Part shown: piece after piece, positions 1 to 6,876 of the stretch
How the letters are laid out: every line of letters begins with the position of its first letter
Position numbering within the stretch: the first letter of the stretch is position 1
DNA from: a virus
Taxonomy: Duplodnaviria; Caudoviricetes
DNA: 40,621 bases
IMG/VR virus record: IMGVR_UViG_3300017658_000006
Span: 1-40,621 of that record
Direction: 5' to 3' (one strand)
Made by a program: the position numbers and the translations under genes
Notes under the pieces: generated by a model
What the model saw: only the letters and a program-made list of their open reading frames with translations
Databases searched by the model: none
Told to the model about the DNA's origin: nothing

Positions 1-5
1 CACTG

Positions 6-14
6 TGCCATAAT
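6..14 (+). promoter_or_regulatory. Extended -10 element (TGcCATAAT) of the host tRNA promoter
   Basis: TGn+CATAAT ending 23 nt upstream of the tRNA 5' end; the -35 lies outside the window. Confidence 0.45.
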
Positions 15-37
15 TTTCGGCTCCTCTCCCAACCCGT

Positions 38-122
38 GCCCGGGTGGTGAAATTGGTAGACGCAGGGGACTCAAAATCCCCCGCCGCAAGGCGTGCCGGT
101 TCGATTCCGGCCCCGGGCACCA
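38..122 (+). tRNA. tRNA-Leu(CAA), 85 nt, prophage integration target
   Basis: Acceptor GCCCGGG/CCCGGGC+ACCA; anticodon arm GGGGA-CTCAAAA-TCCCC; long variable arm; T-loop TTCGATT. Confidence 0.97.
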
Positions 123-123
123 G
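67..123 (+). repeat. att core, left copy (57 bp)
   Basis: GGACTCAAAATCCCCC...CCCGGGCACCAG, identical to 40499-40555. Confidence 0.97.
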
Positions 124-149
124 CAGTCTTTGCTACAAAAACAGTAGCT

Positions 150-181
150 GTTCAACATCCGTTCAACAGCGCGTTCCGCAA
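150..181 (+). promoter_or_regulatory. Putative integrase arm-type sites, left
   Basis: GTTCAACA at 150 and 161, GTTCCGCA at 173; CGCGTTCCGCAA (170-181) recurs at 40404-40415. Confidence 0.55.
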
Positions 182-198
182 ACGCACTGGCTCAATCG

Positions 199-501
199 GT
201 GTACTGCCTCCTCTACGTCCTGCGCTTCGAGGGCCGCAAGCTGCCCAAGGAGCGGGTGCGGGAGATGGGCCGCCCCGGCTGGCTCTACATGGGCCAGAGC
301 CGCACCAAGATCCATCCCCAGGTGGACGCCGTGTTCACCCCGGACGAGGCCGGGGCTGAGCCCGTGGTCCTCCAGCACGCCCACGTCAAGCTGATCGACA
401 AGGGCGGAATCATGATCTACGGCTCGGACGCGCCAGGCTACAACCCGTCCTATCAGCGGCAGACTTGGTGGGTGGTGCCACGAGTAGGGCCGAGCACCTA
501 A
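199..501 (+). CDS. Hypothetical protein (100 aa) next to the left att site
   Basis: GTG start, GC3-rich coding-like codon usage. Confidence 0.7.
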   Translation: MYCLLYVLRFEGRKLPKERVREMGRPGWLYMGQSRTKIHPQVDAVFTPDEAGAEPVVLQHAHVKLIDKGGIMIYGSDAPGYNPSYQRQTWWVVPRVGPST

Positions 502-509
502 AAATGTTC

Positions 510-546
510 TTGCCCTGATCCGGGCGGTGTCCTACCATTCGGACAC
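510..546 (+). promoter_or_regulatory. Sigma70 promoter with overlapping palindromic operator
   Basis: TTGCCC-17nt-TACCAT; GTGTCC-N8-GGACAC straddles the -10. Confidence 0.6.
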
Positions 547-591
547 GGCAGGGCAATCAGGCCCGCCGAAGCTGGCATAGGAGGCCACATC

Positions 592-804
592 ATGACCAAG
601 CAATTCGCCCTCATCCGCGCTGACCTCAATAGCTCGGAGTCCGAGGTCATCAGCACCCACAAGACGAGCGATCTGGCCTACAAGGCTGCCGCCAAGTTTG
701 ACGGCACGACCGGCGCCATCGGTCTCTATGTCGCCGCCCGCAAGGCTGACGGCCAGTGGGAGTCTCGGCTGGAGGCTCGGGACCGGCTGGAGGCGGTCGC
801 TTGA
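592..804 (+). CDS. Small hypothetical protein (70 aa), first gene of the moron
   Basis: Strong RBS AGGAGG; stop overlaps the TTG of the next gene. Confidence 0.8.
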   Translation: MTKQFALIRADLNSSESEVISTHKTSDLAYKAAAKFDGTTGAIGLYVAARKADGQWESRLEARDRLEAVA

Positions 805-1019
805 GCCGGCTGCTGGTGGAGGCCGGAGAGGCCCTGTACGGGCCTCAGTGGCAGTCCGCCCTCGCCCGTGACTTGGGCGTGTCCGACCGCACGGTGAGGC
901 GCTGGGTGGCTGGCACAACGGAACTGCCGCAAGGGGTCTACGTCGATCTGCTGAGGCTCACGCAGGAGCGCGCTCAGGTGCTTGAGGATCTAGCCGCCAG
1001 ACTGCGCGAGCTGGGGTAA
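801..1019 (+). CDS. XRE/Cro-type helix-turn-helix protein
   Basis: QSALARDLGVSDRTVRRWVAG HTH signature; TTGA overlap with the upstream gene. Confidence 0.8.
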   Translation: MSRLLVEAGEALYGPQWQSALARDLGVSDRTVRRWVAGTTELPQGVYVDLLRLTQERAQVLEDLAARLRELG

Positions 1020-1052
1020 GTGCTGGGCTGCGGGCATTGCCGCAGCAGGGGC

Positions 1053-1550
1053 CTACTTCGTGAGTGCGTCGTAGCTGGCCTCACACGCCTGCCCGGCAAT
1101 CCTCAGTCGGTCAGCGTACTCGCCGACTGCGACAAGCTCTTGGCTATGCCGATGGAGCACGTCAACCAGCAGATCGAGGGGGTCGGCACTAGGCTGACCC
1201 TGGCCTGTGCTGGCAGCGGGGGCACTCGGGCAGGCTCGACGGGCTGCACTGGCAGCGGCTGAGCGCAGGCCGTCAGCAGCAGCGCGAGAAGCGGCCAGAT
1301 CAGCCGCCAGAGCGTCGATTTGAGCTTGGGCATGGGCAGCAACCTCCTGCACGTCTCGCGTGCGCTGTGCCTCGATTTCGCGCTGCCGGCGCTCGGCCCG
1401 GGCAACCTGCTCGGCGGCCTGCTGGCGGACCTGGGCCAGCTCGGTGCGCGCCGACGCCCCACCCTGCCGGTACGCCTGCCAGTGGGTCCAGGCCAGCAGC
1501 ACCGCCACCCCAGCAGCAGCCCACAGGCGCCAGTTCAGGAGGGCGGTCAT
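1053..1550 (-). CDS. Rz: Rz-like i-spanin
   Basis: N-terminal TM, Ala/Gln/Arg coiled-coil, C-terminal ACEASYD, end of lysis cassette. Confidence 0.85.
   Translation of the reverse strand: MTALLNWRLWAAAGVAVLLAWTHWQAYRQGGASARTELAQVRQQAAEQVARAERRQREIEAQRTRDVQEVAAHAQAQIDALAADLAASRAAADGLRSAAASAARRACPSAPAASTGQGQPSADPLDLLVDVLHRHSQELVAVGEYADRLRIAGQACEASYDALTK
1103..1333 (-). CDS. Rz1: Rz1-like o-spanin lipoprotein nested in Rz
   Basis: MPKLK...LLALLLTAC lipobox then a Pro-rich tract, in an alternative frame inside Rz. Confidence 0.85.
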   Translation of the reverse strand: MPKLKSTLWRLIWPLLALLLTACAQPLPVQPVEPARVPPLPAQARVSLVPTPSICWLTCSIGIAKSLSQSASTLTD

Positions 1551-1567
1551 GTCAGCAGATCCTCCTT

Positions 1568-1963
1568 GTAGAGGCGTGCGCTCGTGGATAAACTTGCGGC
1601 ACCTGCACAGGCATGGAGGCGCATCCGCTGGCTCGGTAAGGCCACGGGAACGTCACCAGCTACCAACGCTGTCTCACTAGCGTTGGCCGCTTTCAGTAGG
1701 TATGCGCCTACGTCATGAAGGCGGGGACTAGCCGCCCAGAAGGGTGGCCTGCCACGGCCCTTGTAGTTCGACTTCCTCAAGATATCGGAACTACAAGGGC
1801 CTTTCCTTTTTCCTCGGCGCGGCAGCAAATCACGTGCAGCAGGGTAGTCATGTCGCTGGCCTATGCACGTCGCAGGGACGTGTACGCATTTCATCGTTTT
1901 GCATACATGTCGGCAGCGGATCGTCCGAATCGATGTCGATGAGACGCGGGCCGGCGTAGAGGC
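1568..1963. other. Hairpin-rich insert flanked by 8-bp direct repeats (GTAGAGGC); possible ncRNA or non-autonomous element
   Basis: Repeats at 1568-1575 and 1956-1963; several inverted repeats including a perfect 14-bp GGCCCTTGTAGTTC/GAACTACAAGGGCC. Confidence 0.4.
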
Positions 1964-2060
1964 CGGCAGACCATGCTGACCAGCAGTACCGCACCTGGGG
2001 GCCGGGCCAAGGGCACTTGCTCACCGTGTGGTCAGGCGATCCGCAGCGGGCGCAGGGCAT
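1848..2060 (-). CDS. Small CCHC zinc-knuckle protein (3' end possibly altered by the insert)
   Basis: CARCGSPDHTVSKC = C-X2-C-X4-H-X4-C; TGATG coupling to the upstream gene. Confidence 0.55.
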   Translation of the reverse strand: MPCARCGSPDHTVSKCPWPGPQVRYCWSAWSAGLYAGPRLIDIDSDDPLPTCMQNDEMRTRPCDVHRPAT

Positions 2061-2251
2061 CACGGTTCCTTCGCGGTAGCTTTCTGCACGACATTGGCGC
2101 CCAGATAGCCGCCGAGCGCGAACATGCTCAAGGTGACATAGCCGCCTTGGTCCAGCAGCCCAGCGATCCGCAGGCCGGTGAACACGAGGAAAGCCAGGAC
2201 CGACAGCACGAATTTCCGGCTCAGCAGCCGTTCGAGCATTTCTTCGGTCAT
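2060..2251 (-). CDS. Small two-TM membrane protein (holin/antiholin-like)
   Basis: 63 aa, two hydrophobic segments, ATGA overlap with the endolysin stop. Confidence 0.7.
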   Translation of the reverse strand: MTEEMLERLLSRKFVLSVLAFLVFTGLRIAGLLDQGGYVTLSMFALGGYLGANVVQKATAKEP

Positions 2252-2712
2252 GACGTGCACAGGCGGTACTCCGCCTCCCTGCGCTTGACCAGGCCAGGGA
2301 GGACGCGGCCACCTGCCAGGGTCCAGCGCTTCAGCTCGCTGCACCACTCGACGGATGGATATCCTGCATTCGCCTTCCGGGCCATCGTGGACTTGCACAC
2401 TGCCCCGGCCCCCACATTGAACGCGAAAGACACGATGGCCGCCTTCTGGCCGTCCGTCAGCGGGCGTTTGAAGCAATCCAGTGCAGCTGCGTGCTTGACG
2501 AGGTCATCGGCCAGCAGCGTCTCGCATTGCTCGCGGGTGTATCTCTCGCCCAGGCGCAGCATCTGGTCGTCGTGGCCGTAGCAGACCGCCATCCGGCCAA
2601 TCGGATCGGCGTAGACCACGGGGACGTAGCCCTCGAAGTAGGCCACTGTAGAAACAGCAAGGGCCGCCGCAGCAGCCCCGATCATGGAGACGAGTTTGGC
2701 CTTACTCATCAT
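2248..2712 (-). CDS. SAR endolysin, GH24 lysozyme
   Basis: Ala-rich N-terminal anchor; FEG..YADPIG..VCYGH; SFAFNVG; GLVKRREAE. Confidence 0.93.
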   Translation of the reverse strand: MMSKAKLVSMIGAAAAALAVSTVAYFEGYVPVVYADPIGRMAVCYGHDDQMLRLGERYTREQCETLLADDLVKHAAALDCFKRPLTDGQKAAIVSFAFNVGAGAVCKSTMARKANAGYPSVEWCSELKRWTLAGGRVLPGLVKRREAEYRLCTS

Positions 2713-2938
2713 CCAGCCCCATCGGCCGCGAGAACCCATGTCGCTCGGCCCAAGCCTTGATCTTCACCCCCCAGTCGGTTTCCTCGCGCCACCACTTCCT
2801 GATGTAGTAGCCGATCTGCACCAACAGCAGCACGCCAGTCAGCGTCATGATGATGGCCTGCCCCGTCGTCAAGTAGCCGGCCACTCCTGGGACTTGGTTG
2901 GCGGCTGCAACGGCGATGTCGCGTGCTTCTGTTTTCAT
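2702..2938 (-). CDS. Putative holin
   Basis: 78 aa, hydrophobic segment followed by a charged C-terminus, directly upstream of the endolysin. Confidence 0.7.
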   Translation of the reverse strand: MKTEARDIAVAAANQVPGVAGYLTTGQAIIMTLTGVLLLVQIGYYIRKWWREETDWGVKIKAWAERHGFSRPMGLDDE

Positions 2939-3267
2939 CCTCGATGCACTCCTTCGGGGTCGATGCTGTCCAGAAGCTGCACACGCAGGACCAGGGCAAG
3001 ACGCTGCCGCCATCCAGTGCCGGTCGTGCTCAGCCGCCACAGGCGCTCGGACAAGGTCCATTCGCGCGGCCACTCCATGAACAGCAGCGTGCCGAAGACG
3101 ACATGGACCACGAGATCGAGCGCGAGCCCCACGGCCAGCGTGGGGTAGCCCAGCACCTTCTGCGCGAGCGTGAGCGCGCCGGAATCGCGCACTTGCTTCA
3201 ACCGCATGACCGCGACGAAGAACACCCACAGGAGCCACACGGTGGCAAGGGTGTAGACGGCGATCAT
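2935..3267 (-). CDS. Phage membrane protein (110 aa)
   Basis: Two TM segments, EWTLSERLWR...LDSIDP; coupled to both neighbours. Confidence 0.75.
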   Translation of the reverse strand: MIAVYTLATVWLLWVFFVAVMRLKQVRDSGALTLAQKVLGYPTLAVGLALDLVVHVVFGTLLFMEWPREWTLSERLWRLSTTGTGWRQRLALVLRVQLLDSIDPEGVHRG

Positions 3268-3659
3268 TGCGGCAACTCCAGAACCGGCATCATGGCGATG
3301 GCCTCCTCGGCCGTGGGCATGGGCGCCTGCCCGGCCTGCACCAGCGCGAGGTGGGCATAAGCCTGGGTCCACACGGCAGAGCGCCAGGCGAAGAACGCCT
3401 CCGCCTCGGCGGCGAACTTGGGATTGGAGTCGCCTCGATATGTGATGGCCGTCTTGATGTCGTCATAGCCAATCGAGCGCGCGGCAGCATCCAGGGCCTC
3501 CTGCACAGCGTCGGTGAGCCCCCTCACCATGGCCGCCTGCAGGTCAAACTCAGGATCGATCTCTTGCAGGTATGCGACGTAGCGCGGATCGCGCAGGTCC
3601 GCAGGCACCAGCGTGTCGCCGATCAGCACGCCGTCAGGGACGATGAAGTACGTCGTCAT
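3264..3659 (-). CDS. Tail fibre assembly/chaperone-like protein
   Basis: Follows the tail fibre; LDAAARSIGYDDI...EAEAFFAWRSAVW motif. Confidence 0.65.
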   Translation of the reverse strand: MTTYFIVPDGVLIGDTLVPADLRDPRYVAYLQEIDPEFDLQAAMVRGLTDAVQEALDAAARSIGYDDIKTAITYRGDSNPKFAAEAEAFFAWRSAVWTQAYAHLALVQAGQAPMPTAEEAIAMMPVLELPQ

Positions 3660-4564
3660 GCGACCTCCACGACGCCGTTGAGCGCAATGCGGTAGCCCGT
3701 GCCGCCCGGGTAGCTGTTGTCGTATTTGAAGATGTTAAGCTGGTTGGTGTTGATCGTGCCCGTGCAAGCGTTGCCTGTGGCCTGCGATTCGCGGCCTGCG
3801 ATGGTGGACTCGGCCGCAACGCTGAAGGGCAACGGCACGATGATGCGACCCGACGCAGTGCCATTGGTCAGGATAGTGACGACAACATTCAAATAGGCAG
3901 TCTTGGCAACCACCGAATACTTGAGGACGTACTGTGCTGATGTGAACGTCCCGGTAGATGCAGTTGGGCTCCCCAGAACCTGAATCCAAGGCCCTTGCAG
4001 AGACGACGATTGCGCTGAAATCAGCCCATAGGCCACCTGCGACAGCCCCGAGTCCAGCACTCCAGAGTCGTTCACTACGGTTATCGTTGTGATTCCGGTT
4101 GAATAGACAGCATTGGTGATCGTGCTGTATATCGTGCCGCCAGTGTTCTGTGTCTTGATGCGGCGTCCGACCTGGAAAGTTGGGGTTTGATCTCCAACCA
4201 GCGAAAACGATACAGAAGACACATACGACGGGGGCGCCTGGAACACAACCCATTGATCGATATTCACGGCGGCGTCGTTGATGCCGCTGATGTTGTCGAT
4301 GGTGCGTTGCACAACTCCGGCGGCGTCTTTAATGACGTACTTGTATGCAATGCCACCCGTGATCCAAACAGCCCCCTGGCTATTGACGCCAAGTGTGTTC
4401 AGGACGATGGGCCATGTGTTGGGGGCCAAGCCGCCCTGATCGCTGTACGTCGTGGCGGCAGTGGATGTGCCAGCAAAATAGACCTCAACAGTTCCACCGG
4501 AAAGTGGGTCTCCGTTGGCGTCTACCTGCTGGTCGTTGAGGATGGGCGCGAGAAAGTTAGCCAT
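3656..4564 (-). CDS. Tail fibre/tailspike with N-terminal head-binding-like domain
   Basis: DANGDPLSGGTVEVYFAGTST N-terminus; T/S/G-rich beta composition; position equivalent to P22 gene 9. Confidence 0.8.
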   Translation of the reverse strand: MANFLAPILNDQQVDANGDPLSGGTVEVYFAGTSTAATTYSDQGGLAPNTWPIVLNTLGVNSQGAVWITGGIAYKYVIKDAAGVVQRTIDNISGINDAAVNIDQWVVFQAPPSYVSSVSFSLVGDQTPTFQVGRRIKTQNTGGTIYSTITNAVYSTGITTITVVNDSGVLDSGLSQVAYGLISAQSSSLQGPWIQVLGSPTASTGTFTSAQYVLKYSVVAKTAYLNVVVTILTNGTASGRIIVPLPFSVAAESTIAGRESQATGNACTGTINTNQLNIFKYDNSYPGGTGYRIALNGVVEVA

Positions 4565-4574
4565 GTTTCAGACG

Positions 4575-4598
4575 AAAAAATGGCCGCGCTAGGCGGCC
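4575..4598 (-). terminator. Intrinsic terminator
   Basis: GGCCGC-CTAGC-GCGGCC then ATTTTTT on the minus strand. Confidence 0.6.
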
Positions 4599-4617
4599 TG
4601 GGTGGCAAAATCAAGAC

Positions 4618-4764
4618 GTGGACTACTTGACGTTCAAACTCTGGAAGCTGCTGATCGTGCTCGCGGCCGTCTTCGTCTGGCAGTTCTGGCGCGGCCTCAA
4701 CGGTCTGCCTGCAGAACAGGAGCAGCCCGATAGAACATCTGAGCCAGGTCGGGATCGCCAATGA
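4618..4764 (+). CDS. Small single-TM protein (48 aa) antisense to the late operon
   Basis: GTG-start MDYLTFKLWKLLIVLAAVFVWQFWRGLNG...; TGnCAAAAT 6 nt upstream; absent from the ORF track. Confidence 0.6.
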   Translation: MDYLTFKLWKLLIVLAAVFVWQFWRGLNGLPAEQEQPDRTSEPGRDRQ

Positions 4765-6874
4765 GCTGACCTGACGGCCCATTGAGGAGCCGGCCCTTCA
4801 CGGCGTTACTGTTCAGGAGCATGTTGACAGTGCGTCCCGTGCCAACCCCCGCTGCCAGCCCAGCAGGACCACTCAATCCAAGGGCCAGTGCCCCGGCCCC
4901 CACCCGCTGAGCCGCACCGTGAGCGCCTTCTCGGCTCTTGAGGAACTGAGCCGCGATGTCCGCCAGTTCCTGAAGTTCAGGGTTGTTGATGTTCTTCATG
5001 TTCGCCAGACGGCCGATGGAGATACCACCTTCGGCTCCGTTCTGAGCGATGTTTTCCAGCGCCAGCATGTTGCCGTACTGCTTGCGTACAGCGGCGAATT
5101 CAGCCGCCTGCTTTGGCCCGAGCGAGCGATCCAGTGCCGCCATCAGCTTTGCCTTCAGGTCGCGTGCGTAGAAGGCTTCGGGCGTGCTGCGATTGCTGAT
5201 CCGGTCCAGCGTGCGTTTGATGTTGTACGCCGCCTGTCCGTCGATCTCTCCCGTAGGCGCCTTAGCCAAAATCTCGTCCACCTGCCTAGAGATGATCCCC
5301 GCCCCGTCCGAACCCAATTCGCGGCTCGCCATATTCGCGGCGTCCGCCAAATCCTGCATGAACTGCTGGTCCACCTTGACGGTGTTACTGCGGAGCACGT
5401 CATCGAACTTCGAACCCAATTCCGTCTGCGCCTTTCGCAGTGCCTGCGTCACGTTGTCGCTGTTCTGCCCGAAGGTCTTGGAAAGCGCCGTGTTTAACTG
5501 CGATTCCATCTTGCCCATCGTCGAGGCACGACCACTGAAGGGCACATAGTCCAAGCTTGCCGCCAAGGCATTCAGTGGCTTGCTGTTGACCAGGCGGTCG
5601 GCAGGAATGTCGATCCCGAGTTCCTTTGCCCGGACCGCGAGTTCCTTGACCTCCGGCGCCATCTGGCCTCCAGAGAGGGTGCGCCCAAGCGCGTTCCCCG
5701 CGGCCCCAATTGCCTTCGTGGCAACAGGCATCGCACCCCCGATTGCGGCCCCCATCGCCGCGTCCTCCGGATTCACCAGCCCGGCGGCGGCTCCGCCCGT
5801 CACCGCGCCCCCGGCCGAGCGCAGAAGAAGATTCTTGGCACCTTGCAGCGCCGTGCTGGCCTTGGGGCCACCCAGGGTCATGCCCCCGGTCGAAAGCGAG
5901 TTCACAACGGCAGGGCTTGCCCCTGCGGCCTTCGCACCGACGCCAAGAGCAGGCCCGGCCCCAGCTGTGCCCGCGATCTCGCCCGTCAGCTTGCCGCCCT
6001 GATAAGCCAGAGAGTTCGGATCAGCGCCGACGAGCGTCTGAAGGCCCTCGTCGATACCGCGCCTGCGCTCGCGGTTCGATTCCAGCGACAGGCCCTTTCC
6101 GTTGATGGCGTCCTTGGCGATGTCGTAGGGCGCGATGAGCGTCGAACCGATGGACCCGGCCCCACGAACGAGGCCGGCCATCGCGTTCTTGGAGAAATCG
6201 CCGTCCGTCATCGCGTCCGCAATGACATTGATCGGGCTCAGCGCACCAGCAGCAGCGCTCAGGACGCGGCTGCCAACGCTGCGCTCCTTTTTCGGCTCCG
6301 ACTTGGCGAACGGGTCGAAGTCCACCGCCTCCAACTGAGGAGCAGAGGCAGGTTCCAGCGTGGCGGCCTGGGCCGAAGGGATGACCGCATCTGCGACACG
6401 CTCCAGCGTCTGCGTGACCGGCCCCTTCCGGTTTGATGCCATGCGGGTTGCTTGGGCCACCTTGTCGGCATAGCGCGGGTCTTCAGCGTAGCCCTTCAGG
6501 CCCGAGGTGAACTTCGATGGATCGGCGCCAGCACCAACAGCGCCAGGGTACTTGCGCTGGATGAGAGAAACGAAATCGTCAGCGAAGGCGTCCGGCGACT
6601 CGTACTGGCGGTACTTGTCCCGGCTGCCGGTCATGTTGTCCGTGGCGGCCACTCCTGAGCCGGAGAAGTCCTTGATGTTGCCGAGATTGTTGGTCCCAGG
6701 AATGACCGACCGACCCCAACCCGTCTCAAGGCCCCACTGTCCGAGCAGGATGGCCGGATCAATGCCCAAGGCTTTGCCGGCCTTCTCTGCCGCCGGGCCG
6801 TAGCGCGCTGCGAAGTCCTCCGGAGTGGCCTTGGCCTTGAACGGGTCGAAGCCGACTTCTTCGAGCTGGGGCAT
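4697..6874 (-). CDS. Large DNA-ejection protein (gp16-position) with N-terminal GH73/FlgJ-like peptidoglycan hydrolase
   Basis: LGQWGLETGWG..NNLGNIK..YAEDPRYADKV motifs followed by a Gly/Ala-rich body. Confidence 0.85.
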   Translation of the reverse strand: MPQLEEVGFDPFKAKATPEDFAARYGPAAEKAGKALGIDPAILLGQWGLETGWGRSVIPGTNNLGNIKDFSGSGVAATDNMTGSRDKYRQYESPDAFADDFVSLIQRKYPGAVGAGADPSKFTSGLKGYAEDPRYADKVAQATRMASNRKGPVTQTLERVADAVIPSAQAATLEPASAPQLEAVDFDPFAKSEPKKERSVGSRVLSAAAGALSPINVIADAMTDGDFSKNAMAGLVRGAGSIGSTLIAPYDIAKDAINGKGLSLESNRERRRGIDEGLQTLVGADPNSLAYQGGKLTGEIAGTAGAGPALGVGAKAAGASPAVVNSLSTGGMTLGGPKASTALQGAKNLLLRSAGGAVTGGAAAGLVNPEDAAMGAAIGGAMPVATKAIGAAGNALGRTLSGGQMAPEVKELAVRAKELGIDIPADRLVNSKPLNALAASLDYVPFSGRASTMGKMESQLNTALSKTFGQNSDNVTQALRKAQTELGSKFDDVLRSNTVKVDQQFMQDLADAANMASRELGSDGAGIISRQVDEILAKAPTGEIDGQAAYNIKRTLDRISNRSTPEAFYARDLKAKLMAALDRSLGPKQAAEFAAVRKQYGNMLALENIAQNGAEGGISIGRLANMKNINNPELQELADIAAQFLKSREGAHGAAQRVGAGALALGLSGPAGLAAGVGTGRTVNMLLNSNAVKGRLLNGPSGQLIGDPDLAQMFYRAAPVLQADR

Positions 6875-6876
6875 CG

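Noticed and set aside
44-394. ORFs 44-394 and 93-359
   Set aside because: They overlap the tRNA-Leu gene and att site; spurious
1547-1959. ORFs 1547-1894(-), 1715-1942(+) and 1744-1959(+)
   Set aside because: No RBS or recognisable family, and they run through long hairpins; only a faint Ash-like PEGWP resemblance
1576-1963. Group II or group I intron, suggested by GTGCG at 1576
   Set aside because: No convincing domain V or 3' AY end, it would be antisense to the operon, and U/omega-G boundaries do not fit the repeats
3656-4564. Diversity-generating retroelement or invertible tail-fibre cassette
   Set aside because: No reverse transcriptase, invertase or template repeat seen
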